Assembly: GCA_016213525.1 (NCBI GenBank) | Contig: JACRAE010000006.1 | Location: 16,691 to 80,690 of the forward strand | DNA length: 64,000 bases | Origin: Candidatus Aenigmatarchaeota archaeon | GTDB taxonomy: Archaea > Aenigmatarchaeota > Aenigmatarchaeia > CG10238-14 > SCSR01 | Direction: 5' to 3' | Shown: one piece after another, positions 1 to 9,585 of the stretch | Layout: the number at the start of each line of letters is the position of its first letter | How positions within the stretch are numbered: the stretch's first letter is position 1 | The notes under the pieces: model-generated | The model's database searches: none | Told to the model about the DNA's origin: nothing | What the model saw: the letters and a program-made list of their open reading frames with translations, nothing else | Made by a program: the position numbers and the translations under genes

Positions 1-37
1 ATCTCAAGGACCGGTATCTGGCCTTTCATTCCCATTT

Positions 38-559
38 TCACGGCCTCCACACCTGAAGCGTCATGTCGCCGAACCTGCCGTCGTCGAACGCCACTATCCT
101 CCTGACGGTGACGGAGAACCCGCGCGTGTTGTTCCTGGGGGCGTTGCAGTCGAGCCTTGGGCTGCCGTCTGTCCTGTCGACGATCAGCATGGACATCTCA
201 AGGTCCGTGTACATCTTCGACCTGATTGCCTGCTGTCCGAGGGAGGCGCACGTCGAGCCCATGGACGTTATCTTGGAGGTAGAGAGGAGGTTCGTCTTGT
301 TGAGAGTCTGGTTGGACAGTCCGAAAAGGACGGTCTGCGAGTATGGTAGGGCATTCCAGTTTGCCGGTATGCCCGGGCTGTTTATCAGTATCTCGGACAT
401 CTGGTAGGCCTCGGACCTTATCCTCTGGCTCTCCATCTCGCCCGTGAACTCCGGCACCAGGTTCGACATTTCGAATAGGAAGTAGACCACGAAGAAGATG
501 AAGATTATCATGGCGACGAAGTACTCTATCGAGAGCTGACCTTTTGTTGCGGGTGACAT
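38..559 (-). CDS. Archaeal type IV pilin-like protein (class III signal peptide)
   Basis: N-terminus MSPATKG/QLSIEYF followed by a hydrophobic helix: a prepilin-peptidase motif with Q at +1 and E at +5. It is the last gene of the pilus operon. Confidence 0.6.
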   Translation of the reverse strand: MSPATKGQLSIEYFVAMIIFIFFVVYFLFEMSNLVPEFTGEMESQRIRSEAYQMSEILINSPGIPANWNALPYSQTVLFGLSNQTLNKTNLLSTSKITSMGSTCASLGQQAIRSKMYTDLEMSMLIVDRTDGSPRLDCNAPRNNTRGFSVTVRRIVAFDDGRFGDMTLQVWRP

Positions 560-560
560 T

Positions 561-1601
561 TTAGATTCCCAGGAAACCGAGCTGTATCATTATCATGAAC
601 GCCCCCACGGTGATGCCGGCGAGTATTACGCTGTGCTTTATTCCGGCCTTAACGGAGCCCTCGCTTATCTGACCCGCTATTATCCCGGACAGTATGGACT
701 GTATCAGGGCCATCATGAAGAACAGGGAGGTGTAGTAGGTAGATATCTGGTTCAGGACGCCGACGTCCTTCAGCTTGCATATGCTCTCGACCTGCTTCGC
801 GGGGGCCAGCATGCACTGGTACAGGTTGTTGTACACGTTCTCGCATATCGCACATTCCAGGCCGGTGCAGGTGCTGCACGGGTTCTCCAAGGCTATGACG
901 GCCGAGACAGCCCCTCCGGAGGCCGTGTCCTGGCCGGAGCTGAATATCGGTATCAGGAACTTGCTTATCGCGGCTATTATGACGACGAAGATTATCGATA
1001 TGGCGTACATCAGCAGCACGTACTGGCTGAGGAGGCTCTTCTTCTCCTTCTCGGCGTCCTCCAGGCTGTTGGCGCTGTCGGCCACAGATTCGAGGGTCGT
1101 CACCACCTGCCCGCCCGACAGGAAAGACTCGCGTATGATTCTCGATGACGCGTATATCCTCTTGCTCACCTTCATCCTCTCGGAGAACCTGTCGAGGACC
1201 TTGTCGAGGGTCACGCCCCAGCTTATCTGGTGCGCCATCTTCTTCACCTCCGGGCTCAGCGCGCCGTAGTCGTTCTTGCTGGCAGTTATTATCGCCTTGT
1301 GGAACGGCATGCCAGACCTGATGTTCTCTGTCAGGTCCCTCAGGAACGCGGGGAAAGTCTCTTCCATTTCCTTGATCCCCCGGAACTTCTGGTAGTATAT
1401 CAGAATTTGAGGCGTGACGTTGACGAAGACGCCGATTACGAAGAATATGCCGAGCACGCCCACGTTCCCGCTCAGGAAGCCTACGAGTATCGTGACCGCC
1501 GTCAGAGACATCGTTATTATGAGTATGTGCCTCGGGTCCGTGAAGTCCAGGTTCAGGCTCTTCTTCTCTTCCTTGCGGTGGGGCCTGTGTGTGGTCTGCA
1601 T
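561..1601 (-). CDS. Type II secretion system F-domain membrane protein (TadC/FlaJ-like)
   Basis: Multi-TM protein with the GspF/TadC-like architecture, placed between the secretion ATPase and a pilin. It contains an unusual six-cysteine cluster, CSTCTGLECAICENVYNNLYQC. Confidence 0.6.
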   Translation of the reverse strand: MQTTHRPHRKEEKKSLNLDFTDPRHILIITMSLTAVTILVGFLSGNVGVLGIFFVIGVFVNVTPQILIYYQKFRGIKEMEETFPAFLRDLTENIRSGMPFHKAIITASKNDYGALSPEVKKMAHQISWGVTLDKVLDRFSERMKVSKRIYASSRIIRESFLSGGQVVTTLESVADSANSLEDAEKEKKSLLSQYVLLMYAISIIFVVIIAAISKFLIPIFSSGQDTASGGAVSAVIALENPCSTCTGLECAICENVYNNLYQCMLAPAKQVESICKLKDVGVLNQISTYYTSLFFMMALIQSILSGIIAGQISEGSVKAGIKHSVILAGITVGAFMIMIQLGFLGI

Positions 1602-1602
1602 T

Positions 1603-2472
1603 CTATTCCCCTCCCGGCGTCGCCGACTTTATCATCATGATGAAGGCCGCGGATATGATCGGCATGAACAGGAATATCAACGTGAACTGCAGCATTATGA
1701 TGTTCTCCCCACCCCCGGATATTCCGGACACTATGGCCGTCAGTACGGTGAAAAATATCGCCCCGAGGACTATCGACGTCAGGTAGATCTCAACGTAGAC
1801 CGTGAGGGCGTGCGAGAACTCGTAGAGGGACCTCCTGTAGTCGGCCATGTATGCCTCTGACTTTTCCTTCAGGTAGATGTTCATGTTGGCCCCTGACTTG
1901 AGGGTGGACAGCATCCCATACAGCATCTCCCGGAACTTCTTGCTCGGGGACCTTTCTATGGCCCTTTCGAGCGCGGTCGCGACGTCGAGCCCGAAGAGCT
2001 TGATGTCCTCGTTTATCGAGTTGATCTGCTTCACAACCTCCCCGTACTTCAGGAACTTGGTGAACACGTCGAAGCTCTTGTGGAGGGGGAGGTTCGAGCT
2101 CGATATGGTGGAGAGGTACATCGTGGCGAACGGCAGCGCGTCGTCTATCTCCTTCGACTTGCCCTGTATCACGAGCTTCGGGTACTGGGGCAGGGCGAAG
2201 AAAACCCCCATAGTAACTATAAGGGAGACGAGAGTCGAAAGGAGGAAACCGAAGAGGAAGTCCGACAGGAGCAGGCCGAAGACGAACGACAAAACCGGCA
2301 GCATCACTATGAGGGATATCAGGCTCACCGTCATGGACATGCTGATGAACTCCTGGACGGTGAGCGGCATTTCCGCCCTCTTCAGGTCCGCCTTGAGGTC
2401 CGGGAAGTATGGGACTATGGCGTCGCTGTATTCCTTGAAGAGCTGGAAGGAGAGCTTCTGCAGGTCTCCCAA
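1603..2472 (-). CDS. Type II secretion system F-domain membrane protein (TadB/FlaJ-like)
   Basis: Polytopic membrane protein 1 bp downstream of the ATPase gene. It is the second TadB/C-like subunit. Confidence 0.6.
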   Translation of the reverse strand: MGDLQKLSFQLFKEYSDAIVPYFPDLKADLKRAEMPLTVQEFISMSMTVSLISLIVMLPVLSFVFGLLLSDFLFGFLLSTLVSLIVTMGVFFALPQYPKLVIQGKSKEIDDALPFATMYLSTISSSNLPLHKSFDVFTKFLKYGEVVKQINSINEDIKLFGLDVATALERAIERSPSKKFREMLYGMLSTLKSGANMNIYLKEKSEAYMADYRRSLYEFSHALTVYVEIYLTSIVLGAIFFTVLTAIVSGISGGGENIIMLQFTLIFLFMPIISAAFIMMIKSATPGGE

Positions 2473-2473
2473 A

Positions 2474-4375
2474 TCACTCGCCTCCGGTTATGGTTGCCAG
2501 CACCCTGTTCGGATAATGATAGTACATGTTCACGACTTCGTAGACGTTCTTGTATTCGGTTATGTTCTTCTCGAGCATCCAATTCAGTACGATCATCCTC
2601 CTTCTCATCTCATCGAACACATCCTGCTCCGACATGCCCGTGGCCTCGGTTATCTTCTTCAAGAGGACAGATTTCGACGCGGTCTCGACGTCGTCGTTTA
2701 TCGAGTTCCACTTGAAGACGGTGTTCGTGACCGGGAAGTCTGCGTCCTGGGGGAAGTCGACCATCTCCACGACCTCGTTCATCCTCCTCACGAACTTGTC
2801 CCTGTATCTCACCCTCAGCAGGAATATCACCAGGTCCAGGCTGCCGACGAGAGTCTTCGGCAGGGATATAGGCGCGGTGGTGAGGCGATCCACCAGCTTG
2901 TCCATGTTTTCCGCGTGTATCGTGGAGTATGACGGGTGACCCGTCGCCATCTGTTGGAACAGGACGAAAGCCTCTTGGCCCCTGACCTCTCCCACGATTA
3001 TGTAGTCCGGCCTCTGCCTCAGGCTCTCCTTCAGCAGCGCGAACATGTCTATCTCGTTTGAGTTCTGCGACGTCGCCACCGTGGTCCTAGCCACAGTCGG
3101 CACCCAGTGAGGGTGCGGCAGCCTGAGCTCGGCCGTGTCCTCGATCGATATTATCTTCTTGTCCGGCCTGATGAAGAGCGATATGGCGTTCAGGAAGCTA
3201 GTCTTTCCCGAGGCCGTGCCTCCGGACACCAGGATGCTGCGCCCATAGTCGACGGCCATCCACAGGTACGCGAGGTTCCTCACGTTCACGCTCCCGTACT
3301 TCAAAAGATGTATCGGCGTTATGGGCTCGTCGCTGAACTTCCTGATTGTGAAGTTGCTCCCCTTCCTCGCTATGTCCGTGGCGAGGGTGGCCTGCAGCCT
3401 GCTCCCGTCGGGCAGGGCGCCGTCCAGCAGGGGCTCCGACACGGAGAGGGACTTGCCAGTGAGCTGCCCGAGCTTGGTGATGAAGGAGTCGAGCTCGTCG
3501 CCGTCGTAGAATATTATGTTAGTCGCGATGGATCCGAGCTCCGGGTTCCTATGGAAGACGAAAATGGGTATTCCTATGCCGTCGCAGCTGATGTCCTCTA
3601 TCTGGATGTCATGCATTATCGGCTCTATCTTTCCGAGACCCATGAAGTCCCTCTCTATGAAGTACTGGAGTATCCTCTTCTCCATGTCCGTTATCTCGAA
3701 ATTATAGTAGTCGAGGAGCTTGTCAATCTCGCTCCTCAGGTAGTCTGTGGCTTCGGATATCTTCAGCCTGGAGAAATCGACGTCGAGCTTCTCCTCGAGC
3801 AGCTCCTTGACCTTAGCTATGACGCCCTTGATGTTGTCCGTTATCTGGGGCTCCACGACCTCGTACTTGTAGCTGTTCGTCTTCGCGTCCCAGGATATCT
3901 TGGCGTAGGCCATTATCGGCTCCCCTTTAGTGGGGTTCCTGGGTATCAGGGGGTAGGTGAGCGTCTTCATGGGCTGCATCTCCTGCCTGACCTCCGACAT
4001 CTTCGCCTTGCTCTCCATCGATGGTATCTCGTACCCCTCTATGCTGACGGCGTTTTTTATCAGCTCCCTCTTCTCGGGTTTCTCCAGAACCTGCTGTACC
4101 TGGACTGGCTGCTGCATCTGAACGGGCTGCTGTTGGACCTGGGCCGGCTGCTGCGGATACGGGGCGCTCGGATAGTTGCCGGAGAACCTCATGTTCACCG
4201 GTATCTGCACCGGGGACACTATAGGCTGTATGAAAATCGGTATGTTCCTGCCCTGTCCGCCGGGACCCACCTCTATAGGGCCCTGTGCCTTTGAGGACTC
4301 CTCGTAGTACTCCTTCAGCCTCTTCTTTCTGTATCCGTTCGCCATGACGCGGAACGTGTGTTTACCTAGGTTCAT
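2474..4375 (-). CDS. FlaI/TadA/VirB11-family secretion ATPase with a Q/P-rich N-terminal extension
   Basis: Walker A SGGTASGKTSFLNA. Asp/His boxes typical of type II/IV secretion NTPases. About 120 aa of low-complexity PQQPAQVQQQPVQ sequence at the N-terminus. Confidence 0.85.
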   Translation of the reverse strand: MNLGKHTFRVMANGYRKKRLKEYYEESSKAQGPIEVGPGGQGRNIPIFIQPIVSPVQIPVNMRFSGNYPSAPYPQQPAQVQQQPVQMQQPVQVQQVLEKPEKRELIKNAVSIEGYEIPSMESKAKMSEVRQEMQPMKTLTYPLIPRNPTKGEPIMAYAKISWDAKTNSYKYEVVEPQITDNIKGVIAKVKELLEEKLDVDFSRLKISEATDYLRSEIDKLLDYYNFEITDMEKRILQYFIERDFMGLGKIEPIMHDIQIEDISCDGIGIPIFVFHRNPELGSIATNIIFYDGDELDSFITKLGQLTGKSLSVSEPLLDGALPDGSRLQATLATDIARKGSNFTIRKFSDEPITPIHLLKYGSVNVRNLAYLWMAVDYGRSILVSGGTASGKTSFLNAISLFIRPDKKIISIEDTAELRLPHPHWVPTVARTTVATSQNSNEIDMFALLKESLRQRPDYIIVGEVRGQEAFVLFQQMATGHPSYSTIHAENMDKLVDRLTTAPISLPKTLVGSLDLVIFLLRVRYRDKFVRRMNEVVEMVDFPQDADFPVTNTVFKWNSINDDVETASKSVLLKKITEATGMSEQDVFDEMRRRMIVLNWMLEKNITEYKNVYEVVNMYYHYPNRVLATITGGE

Positions 4376-4806
4376 AGCAGGATCCTTAGTATATTTTGGG
4401 TCTTGTTATAGGATAATATTATTGGTTTCGATGAAATCTGCAGCCCGCCGGCGTCCACCAGGCCCCTCGTGAGGTTGTGGACCGTGGTCGCATACCTGAC
4501 AGCCCCGGGTTGGGTTATCGTCACCAGGTGGGTCGTGTTCAGCCACACCTGGGTGAAGGCGCCGGCGGTGGTGTTGGATATGCGGGTCGTTATGTTGACG
4601 TTGTCGCACTCCTTGCAGGACACGAGCTCCTTCACGGCTAGGGCCGAGAAGTAGCTGTTCACGGTCTTCCTGTTCTGCTCCGCTATGTCGTCCGTGAAGA
4701 CGTCTATTCTGCCCCTGAAAAGGCCGCTTATGGAGAGGAACAGGGCGAGCCCTATCATGAAAAAGAGGACGAACTGGATGACCTGGGACTGTCCTTTGGA
4801 CGGCAT
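4372..4806 (-). CDS. Archaeal type IV pilin-like protein
   Basis: MPSKGQS followed by a hydrophobic segment, a class III signal. It overlaps the ATPase start by 4 nt. Confidence 0.55.
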   Translation of the reverse strand: MPSKGQSQVIQFVLFFMIGLALFLSISGLFRGRIDVFTDDIAEQNRKTVNSYFSALAVKELVSCKECDNVNITTRISNTTAGAFTQVWLNTTHLVTITQPGAVRYATTVHNLTRGLVDAGGLQISSKPIILSYNKTQNILRILL

Positions 4807-5463
4807 CTATATCAATAGGATTTTCACGTCTGTAGTAATCAAGGTTTTCGGGCCCACGGTTTGCTGGCTCCTCCTGTCGAACTCCATCCTTATCGCCCTC
4901 TTCTCGCCCGAGGAAATGAGCTGGCTCGACGGGTGCTTGACCAGGTTGATTTTGAAGCCGTTCCTCTTCTCGGCGTCCTCGAGCTCCCTCATGAACATTT
5001 TGTAGGTGATGTTGTAGTGCCCCGAGCCGGTCCTGGAGGCCTTGGCGCAGATCACGGCCGGCTCGTCCTGTCCCAAAACCCCATTGGCAGGCGGGCACGC
5101 GCCCCCCGTCAGGGAGACCCACTTGCCGTCCGTGTTCTTGCTGCTGACGGTACCCGTGAACGTGAACTCGAGGCTGTTGTTCTCCACTGCTACCGAGTCG
5201 TATGGGTACAGGCGGACGACCCCGTTCAGGTCTATGGTCACCTGGTCCTTGCCGCCGCTGTTGGCCACGGCCTGGATCTTGTTCTGAATCGAGTTTATGT
5301 TCGTCTCCGAGAAGAACGCCTGGGCCCTCTTGTCCAACGCCTCGTCCTGGTTCTTGTTTATCAGGGGCAGGCCGAACGTGTACGCCACCCCGAGGAGGCC
5401 TATCGCCAGGCCGAGTATCATGACGACCGCTATTATGTCGGACTGTCCTTTCAGGAGCTGCAT
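4807..5463 (-). CDS. Archaeal type IV pilin-like protein
   Basis: MQLLKGQSDIIAVVMILGLAIG, a class III signal peptide, followed by a beta-rich extracellular part. Confidence 0.55.
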   Translation of the reverse strand: MQLLKGQSDIIAVVMILGLAIGLLGVAYTFGLPLINKNQDEALDKRAQAFFSETNINSIQNKIQAVANSGGKDQVTIDLNGVVRLYPYDSVAVENNSLEFTFTGTVSSKNTDGKWVSLTGGACPPANGVLGQDEPAVICAKASRTGSGHYNITYKMFMRELEDAEKRNGFKINLVKHPSSQLISSGEKRAIRMEFDRRSQQTVGPKTLITTDVKILLI

Positions 5464-5485
5464 AAGAATCTATTTTCCAAGTCGC

Positions 5486-6010
5486 CTATACCGGCTTCGG
5501 CTGGAACATCGGCGGGCGCCTTATCGTGCCTGGGGGCGGAAGCTGCATCGGCCTCCTCATCTTCTTCTCCATCTCTTCTATGGAGCTCATGACGGCCTGG
5601 TTGCTGTCCACTATCTTTTTGTTGCTGTCCACGATTTCGGCCATCTTGTCAATCAGCGGCTTCATGTTGTCGACGGAAGGCGCGCCGTAGTCCTCGCCCC
5701 CGGACGCCTTGATAAACGATATCAGCTCGTCGAGCTTGCCGATCATGTCCTCCAGCCTGGAAGGCAGCCTCGAAAGCTCAATCCTCAGGGAGTCGTTCGC
5801 CTTCGCCAGTTCGTCTACAATCTGCTGGTTCATCCTGATTATCTCGACCAGCTCGCGGTAGAATTCTTTCGAGTCCAAACCAGAAGACTTGGTCTCTATC
5901 TCTTCCATCCTCTTCTCCAGCTTCCTCAGCGGGGAGACGGGAATGAGCTCGTACTCGTGCTCGTCCTGGACGCGGTCCTTTATCTTGTTGCTTTGGTCCT
6001 GCATCGGCAT
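5486..6010 (-). CDS. Coiled-coil hypothetical protein (first gene of the pilus operon)
   Basis: Charged, helical protein with a proline-rich tail. An A/T-rich promoter-like segment lies upstream at 6011–6050. Confidence 0.4.
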   Translation of the reverse strand: MPMQDQSNKIKDRVQDEHEYELIPVSPLRKLEKRMEEIETKSSGLDSKEFYRELVEIIRMNQQIVDELAKANDSLRIELSRLPSRLEDMIGKLDELISFIKASGGEDYGAPSVDNMKPLIDKMAEIVDSNKKIVDSNQAVMSSIEEMEKKMRRPMQLPPPGTIRRPPMFQPKPV

Positions 6011-6086
6011 TTGAGCACCTTAGATTATTTGGCTAAAGGGGCAGATAAAAGTTTGCGTGGGGCGGAATCCGCGCGTTTCTCCGTGT

Positions 6087-6548
6087 TTAAAGGTCCGTTT
6101 CGACGTCGATTTTCATGTTGGGCATGCCCCTGAGCTTCTCCAGGTTGCGCCTGTATGACAAGTCGCTGAGGCACGCGTCGCCCATCTCGGTCAGATGATA
6201 AGTGTCGCGGCCCTCGCGGCTCAGCACGGGGAAGTCGTAAGTGGAGAGCGCGGAGAGCACTTTCTTGACGCTGTTCTTCGAGAGCCCCGTCTCCACGGCC
6301 ACGTCGTCCGGGACTATTGTGAAGCAGTTCCTGTTCTCATAAGAAATGGACTCCATACCGCACCTCTCGCCATGGAGGTACTCCAAGACCTTCCTGGCCT
6401 TCTCGTCCCCCATAACCAGTTCGGTTATCAGGCGGGCATAGCGGTTCTTACTCTCGTTCTTCTTGTACTCCCGTATGTGGTCCGTGCGGCCGTCCTTCTG
6501 CTGGGGCATGTAGCCGGCGTCCGCATGCTTGTCTAAAGTTGCGTTCAT
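6087..6548 (-). CDS. Winged-helix DNA-binding protein (putative regulator)
   Basis: C-terminal wHTH-like segment GLSKNSVKKVLSALSTYDFPVLSREGRDTYHLTEMG. Confidence 0.35.
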   Translation of the reverse strand: MNATLDKHADAGYMPQQKDGRTDHIREYKKNESKNRYARLITELVMGDEKARKVLEYLHGERCGMESISYENRNCFTIVPDDVAVETGLSKNSVKKVLSALSTYDFPVLSREGRDTYHLTEMGDACLSDLSYRRNLEKLRGMPNMKIDVETDL

Positions 6549-6576
6549 GGAAAGTCTATTAAAACCTAACGTTTAA

Positions 6577-7011
6577 ATGTCTATCATGAGGAGCGAAAGA
6601 TCGGCGGGTTTCGTCGTTTTCAGGAAAGACACCAGGGGTCTGGTCTACCTTTTGTTGCAGAACAGCTCTAAGTTCTTCTGGGACTTCCCGAAGGGCCACA
6701 TATCCCCCGGGGAGGGCGAGGAGGCGGCCGCGAGGCGCGAGCTGATGGAGGAGGCCGGAATAACCCAGATAACCCCCGTCTCGGGGTTCCGCGAGCAGGT
6801 CAGCTATTCCTACACGTTCAGGGACGAGGTCATACAGAAAGACCTCATAATGTTCGCGGGAGAGGTCCCAGACGAGAGGGTCGTATTGTCTTGGGAGCAC
6901 AGCAGCTTCGCATGGCTGACCTTCGACGACGCGAGGGAGAGGCTGAAGGACAAGAAGCTGGCCGTTCTAGAGAAGGCGCACGGGTTCCTGTCCGAGAACC
7001 TTGGACTTTGA
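6577..7011 (+). CDS. NUDIX hydrolase
   Basis: A perfect Nudix box, GHISPGEGEEAAARRELMEEAGI. Confidence 0.75.
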   Translation: MSIMRSERSAGFVVFRKDTRGLVYLLLQNSSKFFWDFPKGHISPGEGEEAAARRELMEEAGITQITPVSGFREQVSYSYTFRDEVIQKDLIMFAGEVPDERVVLSWEHSSFAWLTFDDARERLKDKKLAVLEKAHGFLSENLGL

Positions 7012-7045
7012 GCCGAAGAAGAATCCTATTATGAGAGCCGGGTTC

Positions 7046-8704
7046 CTACTCGCCGCCCATTCCGCCCATGTCCGGCATCCCACCCCTCGGCATGCCGCCG
7101 CCCATCTTGCTGGCTGATATCACGTCGTCTATCCTGAGAATCATCTCGGCGGCCTCAGACGCGGACTTTATCACCTGTGTCTTCACCTTCAGCGGCTCGA
7201 CTATGCCCTCCTTCTTCGCGTCTATCACGTTCCCGGTGAACACACCGACACCGGCGTTCAAGTTCCCCTTCTCATGCTCCACGCGCAGGTTTACAAGTAT
7301 GTCTATCGGGTCTATGCCTGCGTTCTCCGCCAAGCTCCTCGGGACCACTTCCAAGGCATCCGCGAAGGCCCTTATCGCGAGCTGCTCCCTTCCGGAGAAC
7401 TTCTGCGCCTCCTTCTTGAGCTTGCTCGAGAGCTCGCACTCGGGCGCGCCCGCTCCGTATACTATCTTGCCGTCCTCCAACGCGGAGGAGACCGCGCCGA
7501 CCGCGTCCTCGACGCTCCTGTCGACCTCGTCCACGAAGTGCTCCGTGCTGCCCCTCACCAGTATGGTGACGGCCTTCGGGTCCTTGCAGTCCTCTATAAA
7601 CGTCATCGACTCCCCGCCTATCTTCTTCTCCTCCACCTTCTTCGCGAAGCCCAGGTCGTTCGGTCCCAGGTCGTCCAAGTTCGTGACCACCCTGCCGCCG
7701 GTGGCCTTCGACAGCGCCTCCATATCGGACTTCTTGACGCGCCTGCACACCGCTATGCCCTTCTTGGCGAGGTAGTGCTGGGCGAGGTCGTCTATCCCCT
7801 TCTGGCAGAGCAGGACGTTCGCGCCGCTCTTCGAGACCTTCTCGACCATGTCCTTCAGCATCTTCTGCTCCTGCTCGATGAAGGCCTGCATCTGGTCTGG
7901 CGACGTAATCCTTATCTCGGCGTCCGTCTCGGTCTCCTTGACCTCGAGGGCGACGTCCAAAAGTGCTATCTTCGCGTCCGCCAGGCTCTTCGGCATGGCC
8001 GGGTGCACGATCTCCTTGTCTATGACTATCCCCTTCACCAGCTGGGTGTCTTCGGTAGAACCGCCGTGCTTCTTCTCGCGCTTCACGTTGTCCGAGTCGA
8101 TGACTATCTTGCCGCCCTTAGTCTCGGCCACGGTCCTCACGGCGTCCACGACTATCTGCGCCAGCAGCGGCGAGGCGCGCTCTATCGACTTGCCGGACAT
8201 CGACGTTATCGCAATCTTCAGCAGCATCTCCGTGTCCTGGAGGGTGACAGGCTGGGCGATGTTCTGGAGTATCTTCAACGACTCCTCCTTCGCAATCTTG
8301 AATCCCCTTGCTATCACAGTCGGATGTATGTCCTGGTCGAGAAGCTCCTCTGCCTTCTTCAGCAGCTCGCCGGCGAAAATAACGGATGTGGTGGTGCCGT
8401 CCCCGACCTCCTCGTTCTGGGTCTTCGCGACCTCGACCATCATCTTCGCGGCCGGGTGCTCTATGTCCATCTCCTGCAAAATCGTGACGCCGTCGTTCGT
8501 TATGACTATGTCGCCTATGGAGCTGACGAGCATCTTGTCCATGCCCTTCGGCCCAAGGGTCGAGCGGACGGACTCGCCTACCGCGCGGGCGGCTGCTATG
8601 TTCTGCCTCTGGGCGTCCTTTCCGGTGGAGCGCAACGTGCCCTCGGGAAGAATCAGTACCGGCTGCCCGCCAAAATTACCCATCATTGCCTGACCCATGT
8701 CCAA
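7046..8704 (-). CDS. ths: Thermosome subunit (group II chaperonin)
   Basis: [17 protein letters not shown]-terminal GGM repeat tail. The true start is probably the internal [13 protein letters not shown]-like TTTAAATA lies upstream. Confidence 0.95.
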   Translation of the reverse strand: MDMGQAMMGNFGGQPVLILPEGTLRSTGKDAQRQNIAAARAVGESVRSTLGPKGMDKMLVSSIGDIVITNDGVTILQEMDIEHPAAKMMVEVAKTQNEEVGDGTTTSVIFAGELLKKAEELLDQDIHPTVIARGFKIAKEESLKILQNIAQPVTLQDTEMLLKIAITSMSGKSIERASPLLAQIVVDAVRTVAETKGGKIVIDSDNVKREKKHGGSTEDTQLVKGIVIDKEIVHPAMPKSLADAKIALLDVALEVKETETDAEIRITSPDQMQAFIEQEQKMLKDMVEKVSKSGANVLLCQKGIDDLAQHYLAKKGIAVCRRVKKSDMEALSKATGGRVVTNLDDLGPNDLGFAKKVEEKKIGGESMTFIEDCKDPKAVTILVRGSTEHFVDEVDRSVEDAVGAVSSALEDGKIVYGAGAPECELSSKLKKEAQKFSGREQLAIRAFADALEVVPRSLAENAGIDPIDILVNLRVEHEKGNLNAGVGVFTGNVIDAKKEGIVEPLKVKTQVIKSASEAAEMILRIDDVISASKMGGGMPRGGMPDMGGMGGE

Positions 8705-8759
8705 TATGTGTAAGTGGGTATATTTAAACCTTTCCCAGAAGCACGCCGCCGATATGGAA

Positions 8760-9107
8760 TTATTTCTTCAGCATTGGGTTCATTTGATTGTCGGGGGCCA
8801 AAACAGGCAGGTTCCCGTAAGTCACTTCCTTGATTTCATGTATCGGGATGACTATTTTATCCGCCACTTCGTTCGGAATGTCGCTCATCAGAAGCTTTTG
8901 CCGCACGAAGATTTTTTCGGCATTTATCCCGTTGCCGTAGAAGATGTCGGCGTAGGACTTTGAAAAGTAGGTTGAGAGCCTCAGCACGTTTGTGTATTCC
9001 TCCATGCACCTGTTGGCGCAGAACATGCCGTAATTGAAGATGCTGAACGCCGCACCAATCGCCGTTCCCTGCGCATTTTTGCTGGAATTGTCGTGAGACA
9101 TGAGCAA
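8760..9107 (-). CDS. Hypothetical protein (low-GC segment)
   Basis: ORF in a locally lower-GC segment. It may be the C-terminal half of a gene split with 9139–9549. Confidence 0.3.
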   Translation of the reverse strand: MLMSHDNSSKNAQGTAIGAAFSIFNYGMFCANRCMEEYTNVLRLSTYFSKSYADIFYGNGINAEKIFVRQKLLMSDIPNEVADKIVIPIHEIKEVTYGNLPVLAPDNQMNPMLKK

Positions 9108-9138
9108 GAAGCTTGGATTTCGGCGGATATAAAGCCCA

Positions 9139-9549
9139 CTAAAGGACCCCGAACGATCCTAGGGTGCTCGTGAGCTCGCCGTACATCCTGATCTCCTCGA
9201 GGTTTTTCGGATATACCAGAGCGACCGAGAACTCGGTCAGATAGTTCAGAGTGGGCTTCACGCTCCAGGTGAGCTCCTCCTTCTCCACGTCCTTCAGGTC
9301 GTAACCGATGGACTCCGTCACCCTGTACCAGAACATGCCCAAAAGTATCCTCTGACTTACCCTTAGGGACCCGTTGCCCAGGTACGACTTTTCGCTCACA
9401 TATTCCTGACCCACGGTCTGGAGTATCTTCAAGGACTTCTCCATGGCAGGTATGAAGTTTTTCTTCTCCAGATCCCTCTCTCTGACAAAACTCTCTATGC
9501 TCTTCCTGCTCAAGTCGTTCAGAAGATTGTTGAGTTCGAGAACTTGCAT
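9139..9549 (-). CDS. Hypothetical protein (low-GC segment)
   Basis: ORF with codon structure and no recognisable motif. Confidence 0.3.
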   Translation of the reverse strand: MQVLELNNLLNDLSRKSIESFVRERDLEKKNFIPAMEKSLKILQTVGQEYVSEKSYLGNGSLRVSQRILLGMFWYRVTESIGYDLKDVEKEELTWSVKPTLNYLTEFSVALVYPKNLEEIRMYGELTSTLGSFGVL

Positions 9550-9585
9550 CCTAGAATAATGATTGTCAGAGAAAGGATTAATCCG

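Noticed and set aside
633-1860. Several plus-strand ORFs (633–1148, 775–1269, 1230–1640, 1414–1860) antisense to the TadB/C-like genes
   Set aside because: Overlapping antisense frames typical of GC-rich DNA. Arginine- and glycine-rich translations. The minus-strand membrane proteins are the coherent gene models.
7274-8713. 479-aa plus-strand ORF antisense to the thermosome gene
   Set aside because: Entirely contained in, and antisense to, an unmistakable thermosome CDS. Low-complexity R/L/G-rich translation.
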